Positions 26,901 to 39,293 of a stretch of DNA of 48,680 nt are shown piece by piece. The stretch is taken from contig JYFJ02002955.1 in assembly GCA_000934665.2 (NCBI GenBank), forward strand, positions 1 to 48,680, written 5' to 3'. Below the pieces are notes generated by a model, which worked only from the letters and a program-made list of their open reading frames with translations, had not been told where the DNA came from and did no database searches. The stretch comes from Catajapyx aquilonaris (lineage: Eukaryota). The translations under genes were made by a program, and so were the position numbers. Position 1 is the first letter of the stretch, and the number at the start of each line of letters is the position of its first letter.

Positions 26901-29900
26901 TGTAACATCAATATGGGCATCATATGGTGTCCTATTGGTGTCCATATGAAGCTCTACGAACATCCATGCAGATATCCATGTTTTTCAATGGGTCGGTTGT
27001 TATTTAATTCTTGTTCTTAATATTAGCATGGTTGCATCGTGCAATAGTTTACTTGGAATGCCCCGAATTTTTTTGAATGTTCGGATTATGTGACTTTCTT
27101 TTTTTTCCTCACTATACATACAGTAGAAAGCTCGGAGCACGATATAATATTCTTCTTGATTCAAAAAATATTTTATGCATCTAATATTTTAGAACTGGTA
27201 GTCGGAGTATAGCCTCTACTGTGGTGCGAGCCGGTTGCGCCAGTGTTTTAAACCCTCAGTGAATATGTTTTACGGAGCAATGTTACAAGCGGCTCTAAAA
27301 CGAAATTTTAACATTTTTAACAGTCACTATAATAAATATTGGTTTTCTCGTTTCAAAGCCATATTCATTTTGACAGTTGGAAATATTCTCAAAGGTTCAG
27401 GAAGTTGTTCAATGTTTATTCTCAATAGTTCAATGGGACTTGGATATGTTCCTAACCGCGATACTTTTTGCGTTACATTACTGTAATATAACGTCATCGT
27501 GTAATAAAACGAACAAAATGACCCCAAAAAAATGTCTCTACGTTTCGACAAATTTGGACCGAAAATAGCTCCAATTTGAACATCGAGTTGAACCCTTTTT
27601 CAGTAATTGGAATCGTTACGACAAACTCCAAAAAAAAAAATAGTTGGAAAAAGTGGCAGCACACATTGTCCCAATTCTATAGAAGGTGGTGGTACTTTTT
27701 AGTCGGAATAACTGTCGTGTGTTTCATTATAGTGCTTTTCTTTTCCTTTACTTATAGCACACCCAAAAAAAAAAATCTGCGTATTAGTGATCATAAAAAG
27801 GGGAATGCGGAAAAAATTGAGGAGGAAAGAGAAGCGAGTTGTGCATGCGGCGACATAACTACGATATAATTTTTTTTGAAAGAAAATACACACTTAACTC
27901 CAAAAAAAAATACTAATCAAAAACTTGCATTTTCACGCCACATGTTTATAGGTGGGAATCATGATGATGCATGAATCTATATCGAGCAATAAATAATTTT
28001 AGAAATTGTTTTCTTATATGATTTGAATGGTCGCCGGGATGATTTTTTTTTAATTGTATTTTTTTTTTAAAGTCGGCTGATGAGGTCAAAGGTGACTCGA
28101 AAGCATGTGGGGGAGATGCGTTCTTTCTCCACTCGTTATCATCGTTATGTTTTTTAAATATTTTATTTTATTAGATGTGACAGTCCAGTGAATGATGCGG
28201 CGTTGCCAAATTGACATTCGGGTTCGCAGCAAGGGCTTTTTTAGCGCTTCTTTGCATTTTTACTGGAGGAAAGTAAACTTGATGAAGTTTTTTTTAAATA
28301 TGAAATGGCGTGTTGTTAAGATTAATTCGCGCGTTGTTTGTGTTGTTGCTGGTTTGGTTTTTTGCATCAAGATGCGATGGCTGGTGGCGATGAACCCCCC
28401 CAAAAATATAATCAGATTTGAAAAGAAATGTAGGGTTGCCATTCGTGTGATAATGTCGATTAGGTGTGACATGTTCATACGAATAGTTTTATTCATTTTT
28501 AATTAAAATAGGAAGTCTTGCCTTACGAGTCCAAGTGTTTCACCATCTCTCTATCTCACATTTTTGCTTGTAATTCTTATATGAACAAAAATAAGTACAT
28601 GTAGTTAGTGATGGTTGTAGAGTAGCGAAGATTACATTTTCATCAATTTTTTCCCCTACTCGAAGCTTTTCACACGTCTTTTTTCTTCTCACTATCCCAT
28701 TTCTTCCTTACAAAATTGGAAAAGTTACTCTACTGGTAGGCCCCGAAATGCCAAGAAATGTCTTTTCTCAACTCGTGCTCATGTTGGTGTGTTGTAACTT
28801 GTGCGTGTTCGATAGAAAGGGCCTAAAAAATACTCAAAATTTGTTCGATGGGTCTGTTTCTCACATTTAATATTTTTTATAACAAAATCGGTTGTGCCTT
28901 TAAAAAAAAATTAAAAACAAATTATTTATGTTGCGACAAAAAAAAAATTGTTGTGATAATCCGTTTCCCTCTGTGAAGCTGTGGGATGACGAGCTGACGA
29001 AATGCTGAAAAAGGCATTTTTAGGCCCTGTACGTATAGTAGATGCAGTGCTCGCCCGTTCTTTCAATGTGCTTGTGTAAATATTATATTATCATTGGATG
29101 GTGATGATGATGATGATGATGATGACGGAGCCAGCATGTGTCCCGTTTGAGGAGTTTCTGCCCACACTATTGAATGCGTGCGTATCTCACTTTCTGCACC
29201 ACACGTTTGTTGCACAATACTCAAGCTGTATATATCCTATTAGTAGTTTTTTTTCATTTGGCTGTGGGCAACCTCACCTTTTTTGTGTTGCACTTGACAC
29301 GATCCTCCCGTCGACCGTTGTTTCATTATTTCTATGCATGAACAAAAAAAAAATACCTTTTAATTCTCTCTCTCCAATTCTTTGGCTCATTCGCATGACT
29401 TCCTCACAAAAGTGGGGGAATTTTTTGAACAAGTGACGAACTTTTGAGAAAAAAATATTATATATAATTATACGTGATGATCAGGGTGTCCTGTAACAGT
29501 GTCGTAGACAACATTATTTTTCTGTTAGTAAACAGTAGATCATTGTGGTCCATTATGTGCTGGCAGCAGAGTAGTGCCCAAACTTTTATCCACCCCCCCT
29601 TGTCAAACCTCTGTCTCTGTCTCCTCCTGGGTGACTAGTACCATGGACAGGCCTTCTCTTCGTCAAGTCCTTCACTCTGGTTCCTGACGATGGACATTAA
29701 TCAAATACCTGTCAGCATGCACGTGTTTTTTTCCACACATTTCTTTCTGTCTATCGCTCTATCGCCCTATTCTCTGTGTGTGCTGCTCACGTGCTGTCCT
29801 TATCCAAGTATCCACAAAAAAAATATGCGATATAATCCGACCTATAAAAACACCTTCTATAGACATTGGGACGTGCCTCCCACAAAAAAATTTATGGCGC

Positions 29901-30535
29901 AGAAATAGCTGTAGGAATATAGGCGCAGTTAAGGGTGTGAAATATTTTCCGATGCAAAAATAACATGGAAAAAAAATTACGGCGTTGATTACAAAATATC
30001 CAACGATTTTTTTTTTTTAATTTAGGGTTTTTTTATTTAAAAAAACGACCTACTGTCCATGTGTGAGCGACGATATTTTTGTAGTTTATTTGCTCTCGTT
30101 GACAGGAAGAGAATCAGAGCCAGTTAAAACACGTTTGAGAGAGAGAGCGCGCGGAATATGCGAAAGAGTGAGCCAATGGTGAGCCACGTGAGCCAGGCGA
30201 GAGAAAACCAGAGGAGCCAACCTACAGTAGGTCTGCCTGTCGTACTAAACGCCCTTCTGGAGACATGGTGTCAGATGTTATTATTTTTTGTATATATCTC
30301 TCTGTCTCTTTTTTGGTGCAGCGGAAACAGAATCCAAAAAAACGCTTGCAAAACCATTTCAAAAAAAAAACGAATTTTGAAAGAATTAAATTAATCCGCT
30401 GACAGCCTTTCTCTCTATGTTGTTCTCTCTTACATAAAGAAAGAATTAAAAGAAATTTTTTCACCTGAAACTCCTGCTCCTCGTCCTGCTGCTCTCCACC
30501 TTTCTCTCTACTTCTGTGTTTCGCTTCTCTTCTAG

Positions 30536-30643
30536 ATTTTGCAGAATCTTCACAAAAAGCGCCGTGATAGGCAACGCCGCTACAGCATGGAAGTCTTAGG
30601 CAAAAAGAAGCGTAGATTCGCCATGAACGATCTGATTTTCAAG
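30536..30643 (+). CDS. Ih: HCN/Ih probable alternative (cassette) exon in the S4-S5 linker
   Basis: Long polypyrimidine tract + tctag|, donor AAG|gtaact. 108 nt, phase 0/0, open frame ILQNLHKKRRDRQRRYSMEVLGKKKRRFAMNDLIFK. Resembles the ILQNL...DLIFK linker insert I recall from arthropod Ih splice variants. Confidence 0.85.
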
Positions 30644-31849
30644 GTAACTAACACACCCAATCCGTGCTTTTGGGCTCAGAGCACACTCACATTATTTGCA
30701 TGGACCTTTTTACATAATCATGGTGATAGAAGCAAATTAATAACAACAAATTTTTTTATATATTAAAAAAAGCGGTCGTTTTGTTGTATATTGGCCGGAC
30801 CTTTTTTAAAAAATCCTTCCCTCCTTTGACCCCCTCAACCCCCCCCACCTTTTTGTGTGGCCTTGCATGGTTTTGTCACTGTCCTGACCACAAACACCGG
30901 TGGGTATTTTCCCACATCTATAGCTTAACACCCTACAGTTTCTATCCTATAGAAATAGGCTGCATGGAAGATGGACCAGCTAGATTATGAACAGAGCTTT
31001 GTAGACAGCTGTGTTGTGTGTCTAGGTGGTCTATTCTTTTATCACGTACGTATAACACACTTTTTTACACACACAAAGTTTTTACGAGGCTGGAGCTGCA
31101 CTGTGAGCTACTGTGAATTAGCAACTATTGCTAATTTCAGCTGTTATACCAGCTAACTACTAAAATTATATTAAGGAGCAAATTATTTGATAATTTTTTT
31201 TAGCAATGGTTGCTAATATGTGGCTGTGAATTACTAGCCACAATTTATTACACACTTTTCTTATTTTGGGAAGTGGGTGGGGGAAGAGGAGGAGGATGTG
31301 GATTGCGGATACAGGTAATGAGTGGAACAGGTAACGCACATTTTGCACGTTCAACACCTGCACTTATTAGACTAGTTCTGATCGTGTGGCTGATTAAAAA
31401 ATATCTCTACATAAAGGTTTCATGATATTTCAATTTGGCAACGCTGTCAAAATAAATAACTCTCGATTCATTTTTTAAAAAATATTCTTCATATTTTTAT
31501 TGCTAGTTGACCATGCATGTAGCTTTTTTACAATTTTAAAACCAATCCCTTACGATCCATACCAGGTCCAACATTTTCTTTCACCTTACTGGAAAAAAAA
31601 ATTCGAATATTTTAATTTTACTAAATAATCGTTCGCGAAATTTTTCAACCAAGACTTCTGCATCATCAGTGGGTATATTTATGACACACAGTCACTCTCA
31701 CTACTTTTCACGCTGTACAGTACACAGAGTGAGAGAGACACGCCGTGCAATTAAGTGTGCAACTGACATATTTCTTCCTCCTTTCTTTATTTTTCCCTCT
31801 CCGCAATTGTTTTTTTTTCCTCCACAAATTTCTTTGGGCGAAATCGTAG

Positions 31850-31999
31850 TTTCTGAACATGGCCAGTGTGTTCATGCGGATCTTCAACCTGATCTGCATG
31901 ATGTTGCTGATCGGCCATTGGTCCGGATGCCTCCAGTTCCTCGTGCCTATGCTGCAGGGGTTCCCCGCCAACTCCTGGGTCGCCATCAACGAACTCCAG
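31850..31999 (+). CDS. Ih: HCN/Ih coding exon (S5)
   Basis: [50 protein letters not shown]. Acceptor gtag|, donor CAG|gtcaat; 150 nt. Confidence 0.95.
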
Positions 32000-32564
32000 G
32001 TCAATATAATATTTTTTTAAATTAGTGTATTTCAATATGTAATCGCAGTGACAATCAGAAAGTAGTCTGATACGCCTTGACTTTGTAGCAACAGGGCTGA
32101 TGTGGTAAATGGCCTTTGGCTTCTCCAACTCTTGATGTCCTCTCCTGTAATTAAGGCCACGTTTCTACTGCAGACAGCAGGCATTTACCAGGAACGTCTC
32201 ATTTGCATGCTCACCGCCTTACCTTCCGCTCGGCTGGAAACAACACACGCGCGGGGCTTTGGAAAACGTCGTGATTAACGTTTCCCCGACTTGGCTCCTA
32301 ATAAAAAGGATCGGGGCAAAGGAAGAGTGTGTTTAACGCCTTAAAAATAAATATCTGTCCCACTTCATTTCCTCAAAAAGAAACCTCAGAATCATACTTT
32401 TACATATTTAATCCACTTACTAGGAACTCCGCTCGCATTTTCCTAGGGTGCGGGCCAATGGGGAGGTGGCGGTAACAATATGCGGCGGACCAATCAGGGG
32501 GCTCGGTCAAACACCGCAAGGATTTTAATATTAGAGACTAGCGCACCCGTAGCCAAAATTTGGC

Positions 32565-32677
32565 AAGGTGGCAGCACTCACCAGGGGCCCTTCCATCTTT
32601 AAGCCGCGATCAGAAGGTAGCAGCACTCACCAGGGGTCCTTCCATCTTTCGGCCGCGATCAGAAGGTGGCAGCACTC
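32565..32677. repeat. 49-bp tandem duplication x 2.3
   Basis: aaggtggcagcactcaccagggg.ccttccatcttt..gccgcgatcag starting at 32565, 32614 and 32663 (partial). Confidence 0.9.
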
Positions 32678-33381
32678 GCATCATGGACCATTCTCCTTCC
32701 GGAGCGTTCCAGAGGCGAAAAAAATAAGGCTATTATTATAGGGGGAATGGCTGAATAAGTTCTGCTTCGTGATCATACTTGCAAGGCGATAAAGTGCGAA
32801 CAATTTTTGTAAATCACAAAGCATTTAAAAAAGCATCAAAATGGAGAATTTTTAAATGCTCTTTAGTTGCTAAAAGCATTCAGTATTAAAGAGCATTAAA
32901 ATTGATACTCTATAAGAGACTCAGTAATGATGCTCATTTTTAATAGTTTGCAGATTACAGTACCCAGATTGGAAAATAGTTCGCAATTTATACGTATTAT
33001 ACAGCCCATAATCTGTGCCAATATTTAGCAGATTCATACATTTTGTGGGAATGACATTGCTCAAGAGGTAGCAAACACTGACAAAAATGTCTTCGTTGAA
33101 ACCATTCAAGCTCACAATAAATTGTATGCAAAAGATAACTTACACGGATGCAATTTTTCCAGCTAACCTCGGCATTATACTGTCTCCTGTACATTTCATG
33201 GCCTACGTGCACGTACCTATTACTCGTACACATGCGACGATAAGAAGCTGAAGCGTGCAACCAAAACGGGCGTGGTTGCTTGTCTGCTGTTGTGATTAAT
33301 TTTGCAACCGGTTATGTAGTTTTTGGCACTTAACTGACCTATATTTTCACTCGTTTTCTGTTTCTTTTTTCTTCTTCACAG

Positions 33382-33600
33382 GAAGCCTTCTGGTTAGAGC
33401 AATACTCTTGGGCGCTGTTCAAAGCGATGTCTCACATGCTGTGCATCGGTTACGGTCGCTTCCCGCCGCAGTCCTTGACCGACATGTGGCTCACCATGCT
33501 GTCCATGATCAGCGGGGCCACTTGCTACGCCCTTTTCCTGGGCCACGCAACAAACCTCATCCAGAGCCTTGACTCTTCCAGGAGACAATACCGGGAGAAG
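33382..33600 (+). CDS. Ih: HCN/Ih coding exon (pore loop, S6, start of C-linker)
   Basis: [73 protein letters not shown], with the HCN CIGYG selectivity filter. Acceptor cacag|, donor |gtattg; 219 nt. Confidence 0.97.
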
Positions 33601-34096
33601 GTATTGCCACAAAAATTACCATGCACAGAAACGCCTTGACTCATCACCTAGGTGCATGTAGTCACTTTCCCCGTTCAGTAATGACAGGACACAACAGGTT
33701 CACTCTCTGTAGCTGTCAGAGGTTGGCACACACTTCAATGTACGCTGTTTATAGCGCCCTGTTGCGATTTGTCCGATCGGTGACTCATCACCAACGTGCA
33801 TGCCCGTTAAACGCAAGAACGATATGATGTCACGTTCAGCTCCGCCTCCACCCGGCTCTTCCCTCCAATCATGTACCCGAAACGCTCTGCAAGCATACTA
33901 CTGCGCATGATCAGAAAGCACAGCTCGTCAGATCGTTCTCTCGTTTAAAGGACTGTAGTGTGTACTACTTACCCCCTTAAGAGCGGCAGTAGTGTGCAGA
34001 GAGGAAGCCTGCGCGCCAACTAGTAGTGGCATTTCGTACTACGTCCAAGTGGGGCCGGGCCGGGCAGTGTTGCCAAATTTTGGCAACTCGTTTGGC

Positions 34097-34301
34097 TGTT
34101 CCAAGTTCATGGGTCGCTTTTTTTTATAACTGATATCGCCTTGTTGTGCCCCTATTAAACCAGGTGCCCCATTTGATAGCAACTGCTATATTCGACCCCC
34201 CTGGGAGTAATGGGGAGACTGGATTGGGGCACAACAAGCTAAACAAAAATAACTACTATCGGGTGATATCAGTTATAAAAACGACCCACGAATTTGGAAC
34301 A
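34097..34301. mobile_element. MITE-like inverted-repeat element
   Basis: tgttccaagttcatgggtcg..ttttataactgatatcgcc / ggtgatatcagttataaaa.cgacccacgaatttggaaca. Confidence 0.7.
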
Positions 34302-35132
34302 TCGTATATAATTGTATGGGCCTCTGTTTGTCCACGGTGAGTCACCAGTAGTGGGCAGAAAGTAATGCGCCATATGGTACTACAGTGTTGCCAAGTCTCT
34401 CGTTAATAATTTTCAATTGATTGCTACTGACAACTTCTAAACGATGATTAATGGTAACAGAATCGGGATCAGGTTACTTTCCAGTAACCGTTTGGCGGCT
34501 CCGAAAGTATGACCCCCCCCCCCCTCTCCCTCCACCCAAAAGTTCTTGTGTTACTCTTTTGGCAATTCGATTAGTCCCGTCCATGCCTTCCATCCTGCTC
34601 CGTTGAAGTGCCAGGCACGATTTAGTTCACCCCACACCCCCAAAAGGGGTCAAAAAATATTGAACCGAAACTTTCTTTTTTTTTCTTCAACGCCTTCTTC
34701 CTTGGTTCTAACTGAAACTTGACCCAGTTTTGCTTCTAGTCCTGGCAACTTAGACGCCACTAATTACATTTTTTGGGAGGGTAAAAGGTGGAGCCATGTA
34801 ACTGATCAAGTTACAGCGCACTTACACTGCAATGCTCAAGACTCAAATTTCTTACAGACAGCGGTAATTTCATACCTGTTTCATACCCATTAATCGGAAG
34901 GTAGCACGGTCACACTAGTAATCTACAGCTTGCACTCATCAGTTCCCACACGTAGGGAGTGTGGTTGCCGCTTCGGCGCTGGTGTCTCTCCCATCACTAT
35001 AGGAGCGACACCAGCGCCGTAGCGGCAACACTGCCTCTCTACAGGTGGGAGGAAATAAGCTCACGGGGGTCTCCATAAGGATGAGTTAGGAGTGCCAGGG
35101 TTTCTAACAAAATGTCAATTCCCACCACGCAG

Positions 35133-35674
35133 CTAAAACAAGTGGAGGAGTACATGGCGTACCGGAAGCTTCCTCGTGAGATGCGGACCCGGATAACGGA
35201 GTACTTCGAGCACAGGTACCAAGGGAAGTTTTTCGACGAAGAGGCGATCCTGGGCGAGCTGTCGGAGAAGCTGAGGGAGGACGTGGTGAACTATAACTGC
35301 CGCTCTCTGGTGGCGTCCGTCCCTTTCTTCGCCAATGCGGATGCTAACTTTGTGTCGGACGTGGTGACCAAACTCAAGTACGAAGTCTTCCAGCCGGGCG
35401 ACATTATCATCAAGGAAGGTACCATCGGGAACAAGATGTTCTTCATCCAGGAGGGCATCGTGGACATCGTCATGTCCAACGGCGAGGTGGCCACCAGCCT
35501 CAGCGACGGGTCATATTTCGGGGAGATATGTCTGCTGACCAACGCTCGAAGAGTTGCGAGTGTCAGGGCAGAGACGTACTGCAATCTATTCTCCTTGTCC
35601 GTTGAACACTTCAACATCGTGCTAGACCAGTACCCGCTCATGAGGCGTACCATGGAGAGCGTCGCTGCAGAAAG
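35133..35674 (+). CDS. Ih: HCN/Ih coding exon (C-linker and cyclic-nucleotide-binding domain)
   Basis: [14 protein letters not shown]...[11 protein letters not shown]...[25 protein letters not shown]...ESVAAE(R), CNBD with FGEI and RVASV motifs. Acceptor cgcag|, donor AG|gtaacc. Confidence 0.97.
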
Positions 35675-35871
35675 GTAACCGTTCACACAGAACCGAGCCA
35701 GGTTCACTTACGAAGCTAACCGAGTCCGAAAATCCTTTTTCTAAATCCCTCACGATTTGAGTCTCGGTCGCACGACCAGACGCTTTGCGACCGACAAAAT
35801 CTTTTGCCTATTTTTGTCGGTCGTGCGACCGAAGTTCAATTCGTGATGGCGTAAACAAGCCTTAATCCGAT

Positions 35872-36051
35872 TATTCTCTTCGTCGGATGTTTGCCCGACC
35901 TGATAGTACCACTTTCATCCGCATGACTTGAGAGTGCCAGGAGTGTGCAAGGGAAGAGTGCGCCATCTATGCGTCAAGAATAGTGCTACGTGGTGAATAG
36001 GCCTCTAGCGCGGTACTATCAGGTCGGACAAACATCCGATGGAGAGAAATA
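35872..36051. mobile_element. MITE-like inverted-repeat element
   Basis: tcggatgtttgcccgacctgatagtacc / ggtactatcaggtcggacaaacatccga. Confidence 0.75.
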
Positions 36052-37384
36052 CTATGGATGGAATTTCACTGCTAGTTACTTAGCAGTAACTAGCAGTGCG
36101 ACGAAAATATTCTACCCATTTAGAAGGAAGATAAGTGTTGAGTTGTGTGATATGGAATTTGCCTCAGTTTGTCCGCGGTGAGTCATCAGTAGTGTGCGCC
36201 ATCTATGTGAGATTTGGAACTACGTCCACAGTCCGAGCAGGGTTGCCAAGTTTTCGCAACGGCTACTTTTGAAGATTGTTCAGGATCATTATGTGTGTAT
36301 CCTGACTATTCAGGGCAACCCAAAAGCCTCTCTTGCATAGCTGGCTGCGTGACTGCCAGGAGCTTTTGCAGACATCTCTTGTGAACAACAATGGCCGCAG
36401 ATTTTCGCGGAACACCGGATTTTCAGCAAAACTCCTGCCAAAATAGTGAAAGTCTAAAAAAAACTTCCGGAACCCGGATTAGTTTCACAACCGGCTGCAC
36501 CGTACATGTTAAGCTGCTTATGGCCCCGCATATCCGGCGCATTTAATGCAAACATCTGCACCGACTATTGCGTTTAAAAACGGGGTAATCTTTTAAACTG
36601 GTTTTTTTTAAGTTGTCAAACACTTTTCTGCCATTTTTTCTAGAGAAAGACTTTACGTGATAGCTTCCCCCCCCCCCCCTTTTTTTTGAGAAAGAGAGGA
36701 TGGGTGTTGTTTGAGTAGAAATCCGGTTCTCATCTTGAGAGAGCCAGATATCAACTCCGGTTCCCACTTGTTTACTTTATTTCTCGACTATTTGCTTTGG
36801 TAGGCTTTGGCTCCGGACTCTCCTTTCTGCTGCCTTTGGCTCAGACCGGAATCGAGTTCGTTACACCGGAGCAAACACCAGAGACCCCGGAATTGACACA
36901 TCCAATTGTTCCTGCACTTTTATGCGCAGAAAAATGACATACTTCAAAAAAAAGTTCAACGTTGACATTTTTTTTATAGAGTTGCTGATAACGCTGATAA
37001 TTAGCACTAATTAATGAATCGTCCCGCCTTTTTTTGTGTGTGCAGCAACGCAGTCTTGATTATGACGTGATTGCCATTACTCCAAATGGAATTTTTGCAT
37101 ACAAGAACCCGCAATTACTGTAATTAGAGGGTGAAGATGAAAGAGTCGATTCCAGGGCTGGCTGGCATGTAAAAAGCGACGTAATTAGGCCTAAACAAAA
37201 TTATTTTAGGTTTCAAAAAAAAAAAAAAAACCCCAGATAAGCTAGTACATTACAGCATCAAAAAAACATCTGACTTATCAGATTTCAAAGGGAAATTATG
37301 TTGGTCGTTTAGCTATTGCTGAAACTTAATTTGGATATGTGACATGCCCGCCCGGCTATAGGAGGCAGCGCCACATGGAACTAT

Positions 37385-37457
37385 GCCCAGCCACTTACTA
37401 GGCCCAGCCACTTACTAGGCCTAGCCACTTACTAGGCCTAGCCACTTACTAGGCCTA
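37385..37457. repeat. 17-bp tandem repeat x ~4
   Basis: Unit gcc(c/t)agccacttactag. Confidence 0.9.
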
Positions 37458-37792
37458 ACCCTTTGTCCCACCTCCTAACGAAGGAGTCACACAGTTTGAC
37501 AGACTTTGTCGACGACCGTTTACGGCTGCCTCTTCGACTGCGATGGCCCGCTATTGGTCGGCGATTGTTCGGCGATTAGTCGGCGGCGTCAACGCGACAG
37601 TAGACAAGACGGCCAGTGGGAATGGGCCTGTGGTGTAAACGTGCCTTGTCTTGGGAACGAGAAATGAGATTGACACCATTCTGTGTCGTTGTTGTCCAAT
37701 TTGTTCCTTGTCAATGAGAAAAAGTGTACTCGAATCACGCTTATGTCTGTGGGTTGGAAAGTGTGTCTGGTCTAACACCTGCCTGTTTCCAG

Positions 37793-38198
37793 GTTGAACA
37801 AGATCGGCAAGAACCCGAACATGGTGAGCCATCCGGACGACAACGACTTTGCGTCGGAGTCGAAGACGCTGAACGCTGTTGTGACGGCGCTGTCGGAGCA
37901 GGCGGAACACGAGCAGACAAGTTCGGAGGAGTCGATGACGCATGACGTGTCAAGGGAGATGACGGAGCTGGGTCGGGCATTGGTAAAGGCTACTATGCCC
38001 AGGCCCAAGTCCGAGAACTGCTTCCTCTCCTCGCAGGACTCTTTCCTGGGCGTCGGGGGCGCCCTCACCGCCGCGGCCCTGCCCGGCATCTCGTTGCCCT
38101 TTAGGGGCGCGGGCGGTGGGGGAATGGCCGGGGCAACGGGCCCGGGGCTGATGCCCAGATCGGACACCTTCCACAAGGAGTCGACGCCCTACAAATAA
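37793..38198 (+). CDS. Ih: HCN/Ih terminal coding exon (C-terminus, stop TAA)
   Basis: Acceptor tccag|G completes Arg; LNKIGKNPN...PRPKSENCF...SDTFHKESTPYK*. GC3-rich codons. Confidence 0.93.
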
Positions 38199-38536
38199 CA
38201 CAGCGCCCACGACGACAAGGAGGACACCGCCCCGGGGCTGCCCCAAAGTGCGGGCAGGACCGACGCGGGCGGGTCTTCCGAGTCGTGGCCCAGCAGGGGG
38301 CCAAATAGTAGGGGGCCCAGCAGGGGGCCCAGCAGGGGGCCATCATCCCCAGCGCACTCAACCTCACCCCAACCCCAACACCTCTACCCGCACTTCCGCC
38401 CTTCCCTGTAGGAGGTTGGACTATTTGTTGCTCTTGCTCGATCTGTCGGTCGGGATACATATTCGCAATTTTGCGAATCCAAGTATGCGATAATTGGCTG
38501 CTCAAATTGGCTGCCTGGAGTCACACCCCAGACGTA

Positions 38537-38752
38537 CCGTCAATTAGGGTGAGATTGTACTTGGTGGGGTGAGATTGTGCCAGCATATTTTTCTGAGACA
38601 ACAGGGCGCCCTACAGCGAATTTTACTCGTCATTGCCAACCTTGACCATGAACCATGCTTAAATTCGCAAGTTTACGCCTGGTGCCACTGTTGTCCAAAA
38701 ATCTGCTGGCACAATCTCATCCCATCTGCCACAAAATCACCAAGTTTGACAG
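38537..38752. mobile_element. TA-flanked MITE downstream of the HCN stop, same family as 10982-11178
   Basis: TA|ccgtcaattagggtgagattgt...aatcaccaagtttgacag|TA. Confidence 0.75.
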
Positions 38753-39206
38753 TACTTCCAAAGAAATTGTTCGCCAAATTTGTGCATAACGGTACCAGTA
38801 CAGCTGCAATATTAATAAAAAAATTTGACAGCAATATTAGCACTGGATTCGCAAAATCCTGAATTCGTCAGGCTCTGTTGGCTGATGAACATAATGAGAA
38901 AAAAAAGTGGTGCTTGCAATTTATTTTTTTCTTCATGCAATTTTTTTTTCTGATGCATATCAGACCAAATGCTGGGTGAGAATGTCGCGAATTATTATTT
39001 TTTTGGCGCGGCAAAATATCAGATTGCGCGATATAGAGTTCACATCTTAAAAATATATTTTAGTTGTATGTGTACAGGGTGGACTCTGCTGGGGCAAAGA
39101 GATTTCTATATTTTTTAGTCACAAGTATGCTGTGGTACGTCACGCGTGTCAAGTTGTACTCATGTGTACATAACACCAGTCTGGTGCTCATATCACACGC
39201 GCGTGA

Positions 39207-39293
<87 letters not shown>
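39207..39293. repeat. (ATT)29 microsatellite
   Basis: Uninterrupted ATT run of 87 nt. Confidence 0.97.

Noticed and set aside
32565..32677. 15-bp repeat with 34-bp spacers, superficially CRISPR-like
   Set aside because: The spacers are near-identical to each other, so this is a 49-bp tandem duplication. The context is eukaryotic and there are no cas genes.
35291..35707. Antisense ORFs over HCN and histone exons (also 17931, 31708, 37772, 46356, 47432)
   Set aside because: Shadow ORFs caused by GC3-rich codon usage on the coding strand.
38248..38493. 81-aa ORF after the HCN stop
   Set aside because: It starts at GTG in a different frame from HCN and lacks the codon bias seen in the in-frame readthrough candidate.
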